NCBI RefSeq assembly: GCF_006345805.1
Contig: NC_043008.1
Span: 67,208,001-67,272,000 of the forward strand
Direction of reading: 5' to 3'
Source of the DNA: Octopus sinensis
Lineage: Eukaryota
DNA length: 64,000 nt
Part shown: positions 12,863-26,269 of the stretch, piece by piece
Position numbering within the stretch: position 1 is the stretch's first letter
Layout: every line of letters starts with the position of its first letter
Notes under the pieces: model-generated
What the model saw: the letters and a program-made list of their open reading frames with translations, nothing else
Told to the model about the DNA's origin: nothing
Databases searched by the model: none
Position numbers and translations under genes: made by a program

Positions 12863-13408
12863 ATATATATATATATTCTCTTCTTTATTTTCTCTTTATT
12901 TTCTCTCTTTTTTTCTCTCTCTTTATTTTCTCTGCTTGTTTCTTTCTGTGTTCCTTTCTGTGGAAGAGCGTAGGCTCGAAATGTTAAAGACTTTTTCACT
13001 TTCCGAGCGTTATACTAATACATCTGGTTGTTGTCTACACCACCTGTCTTCGTCTTTTGTTTTTGATTTTTTTGCGTGTGAATTCTCTCCCTATATATAT
13101 ATAATGGAAGCCTACTATGGATCCCTAGCTCCAGCTTCAGCTGTGAACTTGGAACCTAACGGATGACCAATTATAGCACTTACGCAAATATGAATTAGAA
13201 TTAGCTCGAGGTATATAAACGAAATCGAACACACACACACAAGGTGTGTGTGTCGTTAGTTTGTGGGTCGGCTGCAGTTTTTCGGTGTAAGAAAATATAT
13301 TTACTTTGCGCTTGGTGTAAAAAAAAAAATCGCCTGAACGTGTCTTAGTCAAGCGAGACAACTCACATAGATCCCCTTTCGGAGCGACAGACATCGATGT
13401 TTGGTTAT

Positions 13409-13500
13409 TGTGATTTATCAATGCTTTGATTTATCAAAGCTGTGACTTATCAGTGCTGTAACTTATCAATTCTGTGACTTATCAATGCTGTGACATTGAT
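13409..13500. repeat. 16-bp minisatellite, about 6 units (tgtgacttatcaatgc)
   Basis: Directly visible degenerate tandem units. Confidence 0.8.
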
Positions 13501-13777
13501 CATCTGAAAACACTGAAGGTGGATCGCAGCGATATTTCTCTGAAAATCTGAGTAAAAGTTTACACTGATGGAGGTAGAGTGTCAGTGAAGAAGGGACCTA
13601 TGTGAGTTGTCTCGCTTGACTATGTCTTACTTTCATGTCCCCCTATTTTTTTTTTTTATTACACCAGGCACAAAGAGAATATATTCTCTTACGCCTAAAA
13701 ACCGCAACCGACCCACGATCTATCAACACACATATCTTGTGTACGTGTGTTCGATTTTGTTTATATATATATATATA

Positions 13778-14174
13778 CTAGCAGTATCGCCCGGCGTTGC
13801 TCGGGTTTGTAAGGGAAATAACTATATAAGCATTTTTAGAGAGTTATAGCCAAAAAATAGCAAAGAAATGCATTAAAAATGGAAAAAAAGTGATGGTAAA
13901 TTTTTTTTTAAATCGTTGACTCATCGTAGACATTTTTAGAGAGTTACTTCCCTTATATAATAGCGAAAAAATGCATTAAAATGGAAAAAAACTGATGATA
14001 ATTTTTTTTTAATCGTAGACTCATCGTAGACGCGCGCTAATACCCAGAAGGGCTCGATATGAATCACGACTATAAGATACCCGGTTTTGGTTACACTGCA
14101 CCGCAAAATGTGGGAGTAGTTAGGAATCTAAATCGTAGGAGACAGACACACAACTTCACTTTTATATATAAAGA
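13778..14174 (-). mobile_element. Non-autonomous Helitron
   Basis: On the minus strand starts A|TC, ends CTAG|T, with subterminal hairpin cccgagcaacgccggg. Confidence 0.8.
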
Positions 14175-14328
14175 TATAATATCTGGAATTAAGAGAGACA
14201 GTCAGAGCTGGAATCCCTTTAATACGGAGGTTCTCAAATATTTTGGGCCACCGGCCTCCTCATGGCCACATAATACCCCCAGCGCCCCACCCCTATTTTT
14301 ATGTATAAAAAAATATTTCATATTGATA

Positions 14329-14842
14329 TCTATATATATAAAACTGTAGTTGTGTGAGTGTCTGTCCCCTTCGATTTAGATTCCTAACTACTCCCACATT
14401 TTGCGGTGCAGTTTAACCAAATTCGGGTATCTTATAGTCGTGATTCATATCGAGCCCGTCTGAGTATTAGCGCGCGTCTACGATGAGTCTACGATTTTAA
14501 AAATAATTTACTATCATTTTTTTATTCCATTTTAATGCATAATTTTTCGTGTGTCGATGGCGGCGGAGTTGGCGTCCACGGTCACACCTGCACCTGTTTG
14601 CTTCTCCCCTTTCTTCCCTCCCTCGTGAAGCTGTGGGGAAGGGAGTGTAAAGAAGTCAACGTCGTAATGCGTTGTCAAGGAGACCAGCGTTCTTTTAGAA
14701 CAACGACTTCATGGCTTGAAGACACCAAAACAGAAATGGCTAAGAAAGCCCGAATTGGCATCTATAAGGGAAGTAACTCTCTAAAAATGCTTATATAGTT
14801 ATTTCCCTTACAAACCCGAGCAACGCCGGGCGATACTGCTAG
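14329..14842 (+). mobile_element. Non-autonomous Helitron, longer variant with about 200-bp GC-richer internal segment
   Basis: A|TCtatatata start, cccgagcaacgccgggcgatactgCTAG|T end. Homologous to the 13778-14174 copy. Confidence 0.8.
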
Positions 14843-15014
14843 TTTAATATAATATTATATAATTTGTATGCAATACTATAATAATATAATGAATTCATAG
14901 CGTTCCCCAATCCACTTCCTCCCAGCGTCTCCTTTTTCTCTACCACCCCACCCCGACTGCCCCCTTAGGCACCAGCGCCCACCTAGACCGTCTCAACGCC
15001 TACCACGGGGCGGT

Positions 15015-15415
15015 GGATGGAATGGATGGATGGAAGCACTCCGTCGGTTACGACGACGTGGGTTCCGGTTGATCCGAATCAACGGAACAGCCTGCTCGTG
15101 AAATTAACGTGTAAGTGGCTGAGCACTCCACAGACACGTGTACCCTTAACGTAGTTCTCGGGGATATTCAGCGTGACACAGAGAGTGACAAGGCCGGCCC
15201 TTTGAAATACAGGTACAACAGAAACAGGAAGTAAGAGTGAGAGAAAGTTGTGGTGAAAGAGTACAGCAGGGATCACCACCATCCCCTGCCGGAGCCTCGG
15301 GGAGCTTTTAGGTGTTTTCGCTCAATAAACACTCACAACGCCCGGTCTGGGAATCGAAACCGCGATCTACGACCGCGAGTCCGCTGCCCTAACCACTGGG
15401 CCATTGCGCCTCCAC
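15015..15415 (-). mobile_element. tRNA-derived SINE family D with target-site duplication
   Basis: Head ggaggcgcaatggcccagtggttagggcagcggactc, (CCAT)n-like tail. 12-bp TSD ccacggg(g/a)cggt at 15003-15014 and 15416-15427. Second copy at 46871. Confidence 0.85.
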
Positions 15416-15551
15416 CCACGGGACGGTAGCGCCCTCTTTAAGAATCTATGCTTTAATCATAAATCAGTTTCATTAATGCTGACTTGAGACTAAAAACAAC
15501 GGCAGTAACGAGTATCCAAATATCTACAAAAAAAAAAAAAGAAAAAACATA

Positions 15552-15714
15552 CAGGCGTAGGAGTGGCTGTGTGGTAAATAGCTTGCTTACCAACCACATG
15601 GTTCCGGGTTCAGTCCCACTGCGTGGCACCTTCGGCAAGTGTCTTCTACTATAGCCTCGGGCCGACAATGCCTTGTGAGTGGATTTTGTAAACGGAAACT
15701 GAAAGTAGCCCGTC

Positions 15715-15774
<60 letters not shown>

Positions 15775-15980
15775 ATATGTTTGTATGTCTGTGTTTGTCC
15801 CCACAACATCGCTTGACAACCGATGCTGGTGTGTTTACGTCCCCGTAACTTAGCTGTTCGGTTAAAGAGACCGATAGAATAAGTACTATTCTTACAAAGA
15901 ATAAGTCCTGGGTTGATTTGCTCGACTAAAGGCGGTGCTCCAACATGGCCACAGTCAAATGACTGAAACAAGTAAAAGAG
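15552..15980 (+). mobile_element. SINE family A, full length, CpG-intact
   Basis: Complete head-core-microsatellite-tail structure. Confidence 0.9.
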
Positions 15981-16539
15981 TATACATGTAGTTGTCTCCC
16001 ATACTTGGCGATAATATATAAACTGTTATTTAGACTAATTTTTCTCTTAATATCCGGTCAACCTTTGATCAAAAGTAACTTGGCCGTCACTATATCTTAT
16101 TTGCTTATTACAACATTATTGAATGTGTCCTTTATTTAAAACAGTAGGATGTGGTCTGGAGAGATTTGGCAGCCATTATTAGCAGGTTGAACCACTACCT
16201 AGAAGGTTTTTTCCTTTTTTTTAAATATCTTTTTGGTTTATGATTTCGCCAGTTTTTTGTGAAGATAGATCGCGTTGATTGAGAGGAAAATATTTTTCGA
16301 TGCACAATATAACGACTAATATGCTCACTAACATCAACTGTTTTAACCTTTTAAGATCGGAACAATCAATTGATAATATATTTGCTATCTTTAAATTTAT
16401 GTCTTTTTTTTTATGAAAGTGGTTGAAATATGGTGTTAGATTTAAAGCGACATACATGAAACGAGATCCCAAAATATTCACTATTAAAAAATAAATTGCT
16501 TAGAATATTAGCTCAAGCCAGAGTTATGGTGGGGTGGGG

Positions 16540-17360
16540 TAAGTCAGTTATATAGACTCTAGTACCCCGATTCGTTCTTTATTTTATCGACTCTGAAGGG
16601 ATGAAAAGCAAAGTCGACCTCAGTGGAATTTGAACTCAGAACGCAAAGAGACGGAAGAAATGCCGCTAAGCATTTTGCCTTGCGTGCTAACGATTCTGAC
16701 AGCTCACCGCCTTAAAAATTACTTAAAAAACTGATTTCAAATTTTGGCACAAAGCCAGCTATTCCAGAGGGGAGGGGAGTCGATTACATTAATCCCAGTA
16801 CTTTACTGGTACTTATTTTATGGACGAAAGGCAAAGTCGATCTCGGCGAAATTTGAACTCAGAACGCAAAGACATGCACGAAATGCCGCTAAGCATTTTT
16901 CCCGGCGTGCGAACTGTTCTGCGAGCTCGTCGCCTTAAAATTACTTAAAAATACGATTATATAGACTCTAGTACTGGATTCGTTTTTTTAGTTTATCGAC
17001 TCCGAAGGGATGAAAAGCAAAATCGCCATTGGCGGAATTTGAACTCAGAACGCAGAGATGGAAGAAATTCCGCTAAGTACTTCGCGCAACGTGCTAACGA
17101 TTCTGCGAGTTTGGCGCCTTAAAATTGCTTAAAATTAAAAGCCGTATATGCTAACAAAAATGGATTAGTTTCTCAAGACGAAACAATATCGAAACTTCTC
17201 TTTATGTTCTGCGTTCAAATTCCGCTGAGGTCGACTTTGCCTTTTATCCCCTTTCGGGGTCGATAAATTTAGTACCAGTTGCCCACTGGAGTCGATCTAA
17301 TTGACTGGCCCCACTCCCCCAAAAATTTCGGGCCTTGTGCCTTGAGTAGAAAAGAATATT
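16540..17360. mobile_element. Cluster of SINE family B copies (three minus-strand, one plus-strand)
   Basis: Repeated gaatttgaactcagaacg...gctcgtcgcctt blocks at about 16540-16715, 16735-16940 and 16960-17125; plus-strand copy at about 17205-17360. Confidence 0.75.
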
Positions 17361-18454
17361 AAAACTTGCTTTATAATTCAAAGGAGATAATTTGACAAGG
17401 GAAGTAATTCAGTCAGTTTCTTTACAATAATGCTTTTAATGAAGTTATTCGTCTTAATCTAAACACGTCACATCTTTCAGGAACATGTATGTCGAAAACA
17501 CTTATTATACCCACCACATACATCTTCGGTCATTTCTTTAGTCTTACATTCCTAAACTCTATATTAAACACTTCGCTCACTCAGTCCTACACAGAACAAC
17601 TCCATAGGCAGCCCCATTCCCTTTTCCCGTTTTCCCGACAAGAATTCAAATTAAAACATCAATAGCATTACTCTCAATTAATTCAGGACGGCTTCTAAAA
17701 CACCATAAGAACTGCTCCCTTCACTTCTGACTAAATAAATAATTGCTACCTACAGCAGCACAAGACTTCACATTCTGATGAGACATCGATTCTTACATTC
17801 GAAGACGAAGTACAGTAGTATCCGTAGCACACAAGTTTTACCCTAAATTGTGTAATATTTGAAGAAATAATTATCTTATAACTTCACTAAAAGATTTAAG
17901 TTAATTACATTTAACATTGTCAATAGTGACTAAAATTTAAGCTTGGGTTGGAGGTAGAATAATCTTACTGTATAATTTCTCGTGTTAGTTTTTTTTAGTT
18001 AGCAAAATGACAGACCCTTTACAATCAGAATGCTTCACGTTATTTGTTACAACTCTCTATATGCAGCGTTCAAATAACACAAAGGTCAATTTTGCCTTTC
18101 AACCTTTCAGGGGTGATGTAAAACCAAGTACCAATCCGAGGCGGTGGATTGGTGGAACTGTATTAACATCTGACCGTATGCCTTTTTCGTATTTGTCACG
18201 GCTCTTTGGGGTTCTGAGTTCAAATCCCATCATGCTCTATTTGGGTAGCTAACTTAATACTTCGTCCAGTTTAAGACCAGCATCTGTCACCTCGGATCTC
18301 TTTATCAGAAGTGGTAAGCCAGATTTCCGCTTTAAGAGTAACTTTCTCCCTCCCACCCACCTGTCTCTTAGGCCCTATAACGAATCAGGGGCACAACCTC
18401 TTCTCACCTGACTAAAATTAAATAGATGAAAATGATCTCTGCAGGTGAAAAGTT

Positions 18455-18770
18455 ATGTACTTTTTATCGTTTACTTGATTCACTCACTGGATGTGACCAT
18501 GCTGGGGCACAATCTTAAAGGATTTAATCGAATAAATCAACCCCAGTAATTCTGTCTGTCGCTTTTGCTGCACCGCTAAGTTACGGAAACGTAAACAAAC
18601 CAACAGCGATTGTCAAGCGGTGATGGCGAGCGCATATTCACACACACGACAGGCTTCTGGTTGGCCTGGGACTATAATAGAAGTCACTAGCCCGTGGTGC
18701 CACGCAGTTGGACTGAACCCAAGACCACATGGTTGGGAAGCAAGCTTATTAACCACACAGCCACGCCTTC
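18455..18770 (-). mobile_element. SINE family A, internally deleted
   Basis: Tail and head segments recognisable. Confidence 0.7.
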
Positions 18771-20844
18771 GTCTTTCTGCATAATTTCTTTCTGAATGTA
18801 AATTATTTTCTAATTATTACCGCTTTCTAAGCACCCTGCATACACACACACTTATTCTCCTCACCACTAAAGCAAGTATGAAGTGTCTACTTTGAAGTTC
18901 AATATCGAAACATATCAAGAGTTATCTCCCTTACATTCTAAGGGACTCAAAAATTACCAAATCCCGTTTCTGCCTTGTTTTATTTTCGTAGTCTCTTTCA
19001 TTAAATGTAACACAAACAATTTCTATCGCTGTCCTTACTCTAAGGACATTTATTCAATAAGGCTGTATATATTAGAAGCACATAAGTACTTCCCATACAT
19101 TTCTGCACATAAATCTCACATTTTCCTTCTTTCTTTTTAAACAAAGTTTATATAAAGTATGACACTTTTATTCATTTACTTTGGCCGTCATTACGAATGG
19201 TGTGTGTGTGTGTGTGTGTGTGTGAATAATTGTCCCCATTCAGACCATAAAATCTAGTTTATATTTCAAAGCTGCAAAGCCAAACAAGTTCCTATAGTGT
19301 ATTGTGTGTGTAACATTTACAAGTATAGTTCATACTTTCATTAAATAAGTCCACACTAGTACCCCAACCCCTTTTGCACCACAGGTGGGTTTCGTGCAAG
19401 ACAATTCTTCCATGCACCAGGGAATCATGCATATAGCAAAACAAAATAAAGTACATAGTATATAATTTAATTATTACGTCATCATTGTTTAACATTTTTC
19501 CATGCTGGCATGGGTTAGACGGTTTGACCAGAGCTCAGTCTTATTTGGCTATGTTTTCTATAGTTGGATGCCCTCCCTAACGCCAACCACATTGCACTGT
19601 GTGCTGGGTGCTTTTAACATGGCACCTGTACGAGTGCACTGACGTAACACCAGCGCAAGTGCTTTTTATGTGGCACCATCACAGAACACTTGTAGGTCAA
19701 TCCCCTTCGTCAGTGTGAGCAACCTTACCACTTCTGCTGAGAACAGGTCCTTCAATAGAATACATAAATATAATGCAAAAAAAGCCCTACAGACTGCAAT
19801 AGTCAATAAAATACAAATAAAACTTGAACTTGTGTTCTGTGTGGCCTGGTGGTTGCAGACCCCTGCCTTATGGTATTCTAATATTGCCATAGAAATGGTA
19901 TAGTGGTATGTGGCATTCAACTGTTGCCATAGAATTCCATCACTGTTGATGAAAATCTTTTTATAGTGAAATGACTAAAGGATTTGCTCAAAAATTTTTG
20001 CATCACCTAATTACATTAGGAAATAACCTTAATTGCCAAAGGATTGTACAATAATTAGGAAATTAAGGGGTCTAAGTTCTTAACTTGAGATAATCTATAG
20101 AAGGCATATAGTTCTACTGTTTCAGTTAATTGACTGGAGCTATTTTATTTATGTGCTAATAATCTGGTCTAAGTCCTTATCTTGAGATAATCTAGAGTAG
20201 GCACATATTTTTACTGCTTCTGCTAATTGACTCATTCTGACGTCACTATCAAACAGTCATTACTAAAACTCATCCGTGGAAAAAAAACCATTTCCTTCAA
20301 CAATCCTAAATATTCAAATTTGCATAAATTAACATAAATGAAGCCACTGTGATTCATAGCAGCTCATAGAAACCAAGATTTATAGTTAGATAACTGAACA
20401 ACAATTGAGTCTCATGAATTGTAATGTCCATTGTTGTTATTTTAATTACCACAGTTGCCACTATATGGTTAAACAAGTAAAATGTATATATCCTAATTTT
20501 TTTAATCATCATATGTGTGTCAGACACTCTGATACAGAGGTAGATGATTAGTAAAAGAGTTAGCAATTTATATACTCTCACCAACGCTACACTGTAACAA
20601 TGGATAGCCCACTTGGCTCTCAACTACCCCACATACTGCAAGAGAATATAATTAATTCACCACTGTACACAGGAACACCTACAGAAAAATCAACAATTCA
20701 TTAGCCAGCAAGGTTAAGATGAATGCTTCCAGAGGATTTTTCACCAGAACAGATCTTGAATGTAATGTGTTTTGAGCTATTTTATAACATATTTATCCTT
20801 TCTACTTAGCACTTGTTGATATACATATTATCAGAATTACCTCT

Positions 20845-21172
20845 CTACGGCCATTGCCAGCCTCCCCTGGCACGTAAAAAGCACCAACCATACGTGGTCA
20901 ATGCCAGCACCACCTTGACTGGCTTCCGTGCCAGTGGTACGTAAAAAGCACCAACCGATCGTGGCCGTTGCCAGCCTCCCCTGCCACCTGTGCCAGTGGC
21001 ACGTAAAACGCACCCACTACACTCAGAGTGGTTGGCGTTAGGAAGGGCATCCAGCTGTAGAAACACTGCCAGATCAGACTGCAGCCTGGTGCAGCCTCCT
21101 GGCTTCCCAGACCCCGGTCGAACCGTCCAACCCATGCTAGCATGGAAAACGGACGTTAAATGATGATGATGG
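20845..21172 (+). mobile_element. Repeat family C ((GAT)n-tailed retroposon) with ggatgcccttcctaacgccaacc motif (read on minus)
   Basis: Internal gtaaaaagcacc...gccagtggca repeats. Other copies at about 19480, 23970, 27560, 28905, 32437, 35455, 35970, 48030, 52000, 57205 and 58700. Orientation is inferred from the tail. Confidence 0.7.
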
Positions 21173-22165
21173 TACTTGTAAACAAATAAGTTTCTCAAAT
21201 CTCTATTTAGTATAAGTAGTCCTCAACCATTTTTTACCCGTGGACTCCTTTCATTCCTATTTCACTCTATTGGATCCTAATCAACATTCAATGTTTTAAA
21301 AAGTCCCATTATAGTTTTGTACTTAAATATTATTTGGAATTGTATAAAAAAATTTAATATTTTGTGTATTGCAGAGGTACAGCCAGTTTATTGCACATAA
21401 ATATTAACAGCAAAATCTTAGGTGAACCTCCAAGGGCCATACGGACCCTTGTTGAGAACAACTGGTAAATATTGACAGAGCTACCAACAAAAACTACCTC
21501 ACCAGGAACTGGTGAGGGGAACAAATGGGTGCTTGATCTACTAGAAATAGCAGATAAACTTCAATCCTTATCTTAAAAAATGGAAGGACACATTATATAA
21601 TGTAATCTCATCAGGGTTGACCTGAATAAAACTTCTCCACAAAGTACATTTAAGATGAACCAGCAATAAAGTTTATCTCCTCTCATTCTGCTTTAATCTG
21701 TATTGACAGTCACTAACATGGTTACCTCCCAACATGTTACATTTAGACTAACAATCAATACATCTATATACCTGTACATGCTACTTAGAAGTTTGCTTCT
21801 CTGACATAAGATATTGACAGATGTTAGCTGCTCTACTACACACATAGAAGAATAATGGTAGAATAAGATGTCAATAAAAGAAATCAATTGCCGAGAGCCT
21901 ATGTATGTCAACTTTTCTTTTGTCCATCAGCGAAAATGAGACAATGGCCAGTCACTGGCAAAGCAAACTGACTGGTTGTTTGACCTAGCAATTAACTAAC
22001 TCAAGCTAACTCTAGCCTTTATTTATCTCCTTGTTCTATTCAGTTTGTTTGAACTTGTTTGCTCTGATGCTAAGGCAACCTTCCTTCTGAGGAAGGCCTA
22101 AAAGATAATTGCCATGGCAAAGAGTTAATAATAAAGTACAAAATCCCTGTAAAATGGTAGACCTA

Positions 22166-22391
22166 TTAACCTTTAAGCTTTCTGATTTCTCTGAAATGTA
22201 ATATTTATTTATTCACATTGTTTTGCATTAATCATACATTACCTTGTTGTTCTGAGATTTTGATGATACGATTGATTATTTTTAGAATAACATTGTAGAG
22301 CAGGTGTGAGAGGCCAGATCTAGCAGATCTGAACATAAAACAGGTAAAATATTTTGGCTGGATATGCCCAGTTTAAATGCTAAAGGGTTAA
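22166..22391. mobile_element. piggyBac-type MITE (TTAA-flanked)
   Basis: TTAA|cctttaagc ... gctaaaggg|TTAA. Homologous to 33845-34071, 36417-36646 and 28733-29292. Confidence 0.7.
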
Positions 22392-24244
22392 TGTAAGAAG
22401 ACGTCAGATGAGATAGATACACAAGGATAGTCATTATCAATAAGAGGACCAAGTAAAATGGCTCGTTAAATGATAGGTTATCTAACATAGGTGATATAAT
22501 TCACACTAGAGAGGGTGTTAACTACAATGTAGTTAAATAGGGGCTGGAAGATTTTCAAAGTTGTTGCTCATGTAACAACGAAGAATTCTGGGTTTTTGGG
22601 GTTTTTTTCATGTGAAACACAGACAGTAGGAAATTAGCATAAGAATTGTGGTGTTGGATGGTAGACACAGACACTGAATGTGGGAGATTTACAGCAGAAG
22701 CTGGACAGAAATCAAGCAATTGCGATCTATTGGATGTCATTTTGCATTTTTTTTTTTATGACTTAGTAGAAAGAGCAGCAGTGATAATTATTGTAGGACC
22801 TCTGAAACTGATTAGCACAAAGGAAGAAAACAACAAATGGCATGTTTAATATGATGCAGTGCAGTAAAGCTATTGACACCCAAGCGCCAAGCAGTGGTGT
22901 TAAATCATACATCTACAACAATGTTGTCATGCATGATTAAGGTGAGAGAATGGTTGCAACTTCAAGGCCTTAGTAAATGGATTCAATAAAGACAAACTGG
23001 TATGAATATGTGAAGGGAGTGGGCAATATCTGTTGGATGTAAAAATGTAACATGCTGTTAGACAGCAACAATGGAAGATGATGTTCGGAGAAATGACTTG
23101 AGAAGTGGTTAGGTTAGACACAACAGATGTTTTAAGCCCATGGCAACTCTGGAAAACATTAAAAATTGATTATCCACAACAGGCATGTATATCTTTCTCA
23201 GATGAATTTTTATGTAATGAGTCAACCATAGTCAGTCTATTATACAGACTGTTATCAAAATCTCTGGCTTAAGGACTAAAGCAGCAATATAAAAATGCCA
23301 CCATAAACAGTGTCTAAAAACATTATGCAAAGCTCTGATACATCATTTCTAGACAGTTAAAATTTTATTACAATGCCAGATATGTGACTGCTTGTTTCTG
23401 GGTTATTTCTAAAGCTAATGGACAATTCTCTAACAGTTGTATTAACATGAGAATCCCCAAATTCCCAACAGAGTCTAACAATATTTCTGAAGCCAAGTCA
23501 TGTAAGAACTGGTGTAACAAGCATTTCAGCATTGGGTGACCAAATCTCATAGAAATCTATCAGTACAACCAAACATTACCATTTCTTGCTATTATTAATA
23601 GTTGTTCATTACTGACAGACATTTGAAACAGAACTCACATATATGTTGCCAAGCAGGTCCACAATACTAAAACTACTGTGAATAGTTCTCATTCCTATAT
23701 ACATGCGTCAGACAAAAACAAGACTATGTCAGTGTGGTTGTATCTTCCTTCTTAGGCTTACAAAAGTCCAATAACAATATGTACAATAAAGTAAAAAAAA
23801 ACAACAATTCAACTCTAGAGACTGGTTGAAGTTGCAGAAACCTTCCTTCATAGAAAGACAGATATATGGAACAAGCTGAGGATGAGCCTCTAAGAAAATA
23901 ATGATGTTTCTTGCAGGAAAAAGTATTTTATAAATAGTAAATAATTTCAAGAAAATATTATTTATAATATCCATGTTCCATGCTGGCATGCGTTAGACAG
24001 AGTGAGAGGATCTAACAAGTCCAAGGACTGCACGATGCACCATCTGTTTTGCATGGTCTTTACAACTGGATGTCCTTCCTAATGCCAACCGCTTTACTGC
24101 ATGTACTGGATGATTTTGTTCACAGCCCAACACTAATGAGATTGCTATGCAGTGTGCAAGACTAAGATCCCCTCTGATCGAGTGAGGCTACAGTAGAAAA
24201 GGAGGTGACATTATGCTAAATGTGGGGTTAAAGTATGACAAAAG

Positions 24245-24465
24245 GGCAGCGAGCTGGCAGAAACGTTAGCACGCCGGGCGAAATACTTAGCGGTATTTCG
24301 TCTGCCGCCACATTCTGAGTTCAAATTCCACCGAGGTCGACAGCTTTTCATCCTTTCAGGGTCGATTAAATAAGTACCAGTTACGCACTGGGGTTGATAT
24401 AATCGACTTAATCCGTTTGTCTGTCCCCTCTGTGTTTAGTCCCTTGTGGGCAGTAAAGAAATAAG
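24245..24465 (+). mobile_element. SINE family B
   Basis: Head and first monomer intact. Confidence 0.8.
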
Positions 24466-25780
24466 AAAGGGACAAAACAGAACAGGTTTCTTTCTGTAGA
24501 GGAGCTACGTAGCTAAAATACTATGTCCAATATAAAAAATATTACTCCAGGTGAACCTTTTCAATGAACTATTACAAAATGTTTAAAAGTCGGGTACATC
24601 CACAAATTCTAATCATTATATATAAGCATTATCTTTCATAAATTACAAACATGACGAATGAAAGATTTGAAAATGAAACTTTCTCAAACCATTATTTTAA
24701 AACGAAAATCATTTTCTTGTAGAAATAATAGTATTTCTATTCTTTCTACAAATCTGTAGGTGGCTTAAAACTAGCTGTTGTACAAGGTGACCATTACGTC
24801 TGAATTGACTGAATGAATGCATCATGAATGTGCACAAATTTAAAGAAATGTGGAGTTACTGCATCAAGTTCCAAATGAATCTTGCAAAATGCATCAAGCT
24901 TTGCTTTACTAATGGTGGAAAGAAACCATGTTGAAAATGTTACTCATTAATGTAGTTGAATAAAATTATTGAAATATGCATTTTCACCTATATATTCAGA
25001 CTTTACAGTTACCCTGTAAAGGAGATGGCACACACATACACACACATAGATGTACACACATACACTCCATTTCCAATCTTAATTTTCATTATCAGTTTTT
25101 TTTTGTTTTTTTTGCACATTGCTGCTTATGATATTGTAAAACAGCAACGTTCTTTTATCAAGATTCCATGCAATTGTAAAGAATTACACAAGTCAAGATA
25201 AAAAAAGCATTCAAAACTGGGTGTCTGAGAATGAAGACAGGAAAAACAGCAAATAGTTTCATCTGCACACCTTTTTTTTTTATTATTTTAAAGGAGACAA
25301 GAAGAAATATTTAGGAAGGAAAGAAATAAAAAATTTCTGGTTAGGAAGGTTCAGTCGTATTTTGCAAAGAGAACTTACTTTATTCAACTGATGATCATCT
25401 GGTCAGATTAAAAAGTTTGAAGATGTTTTTTTTATGTACATAAATGGCATGAGTTAGGCTGTCTGACGACAATTAGGTTATTTAACAGTGCTAAACCACT
25501 GTACAGAGGAGATAGTACCAGTTAATTTACAGGGCATTATGTTACTTGAAATAGAAAAAAAAAAAAGGTTTGTACATTGAAAACTTAAAACAAAATAACA
25601 TTTACAGATTCACGTAGAAGAAAAAAAAAAGACAGTATTTTTTTTTATCTTGAAGGGACAGAGAAAGAGAAGGGGGTGTATTATAGCCATTTTCCTAAGA
25701 AACTACCTTAGAGCTGCTTTGGGAAAAGGTGACAGAGAGCAAAGGGGAGCCACATTAAATATAGCTCAGGACAAAATCCC

Positions 25781-25859
25781 CTATTTTTCAGCAACTGCAG
25801 ATCCAGCTGGTTCCGTGCCTTTATTCTTCTCTTGTTTTTTACGCATTATGTCAGCATCT
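25781..25859 (-). CDS. SERF: SERF coding exon 3 (DADIMRKKQEKNKGTEPAGSAVAEK*)
   Basis: Acceptor ttattattttcctgattttag, phase 2, ends TAG. AATAAA-equivalent (tttatt on +) near 25279 and 25379. Confidence 0.92.
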
Positions 25860-26269
25860 CTAAAATCAGGAAAATAATAAAAAGTAAAATATTAGAAACA
25901 ACCAATAAATTCAGCAATCAAAAACATACATCTTCAACATTCTCATTTTAACAGTCACATTTCCATGTTTGCATGGGCCAGACAGAATTTGTCATGGTAG
26001 TTTTCTACAAGAGGGTGCCCTTCCTGTCATTAAACATTCAACTGTTTCCAAGTAAGATAATATTTCCCCATGACGAGACATGTTTTCATAGAAGACTGGA
26101 AACATTACACCACTTACATGATGACAACATTCACGTCCAAATATCAAGCGATGTGAAAGCAAGAAGACAAAGAAACACATGCACAACAGGCTTCGATCAA
26201 AACTTATACCAAAGTTCAACAGTTGGTTCCTGCTGAACTGTCCAATGCATGCCAGCATGGAAAATGGAC

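Noticed and set aside
21720-21900. Minus-strand ORF with a gtaacc donor
   Set aside because: There is no polypyrimidine tract at the acceptor and no recognisable homology.
19885-22122. RFX X-box-like motifs (ttgccatagaa twice, ttgccatggcaa)
   Set aside because: They are partial matches far from any promoter, expected by chance; the link to RFXANK is only suggestive.
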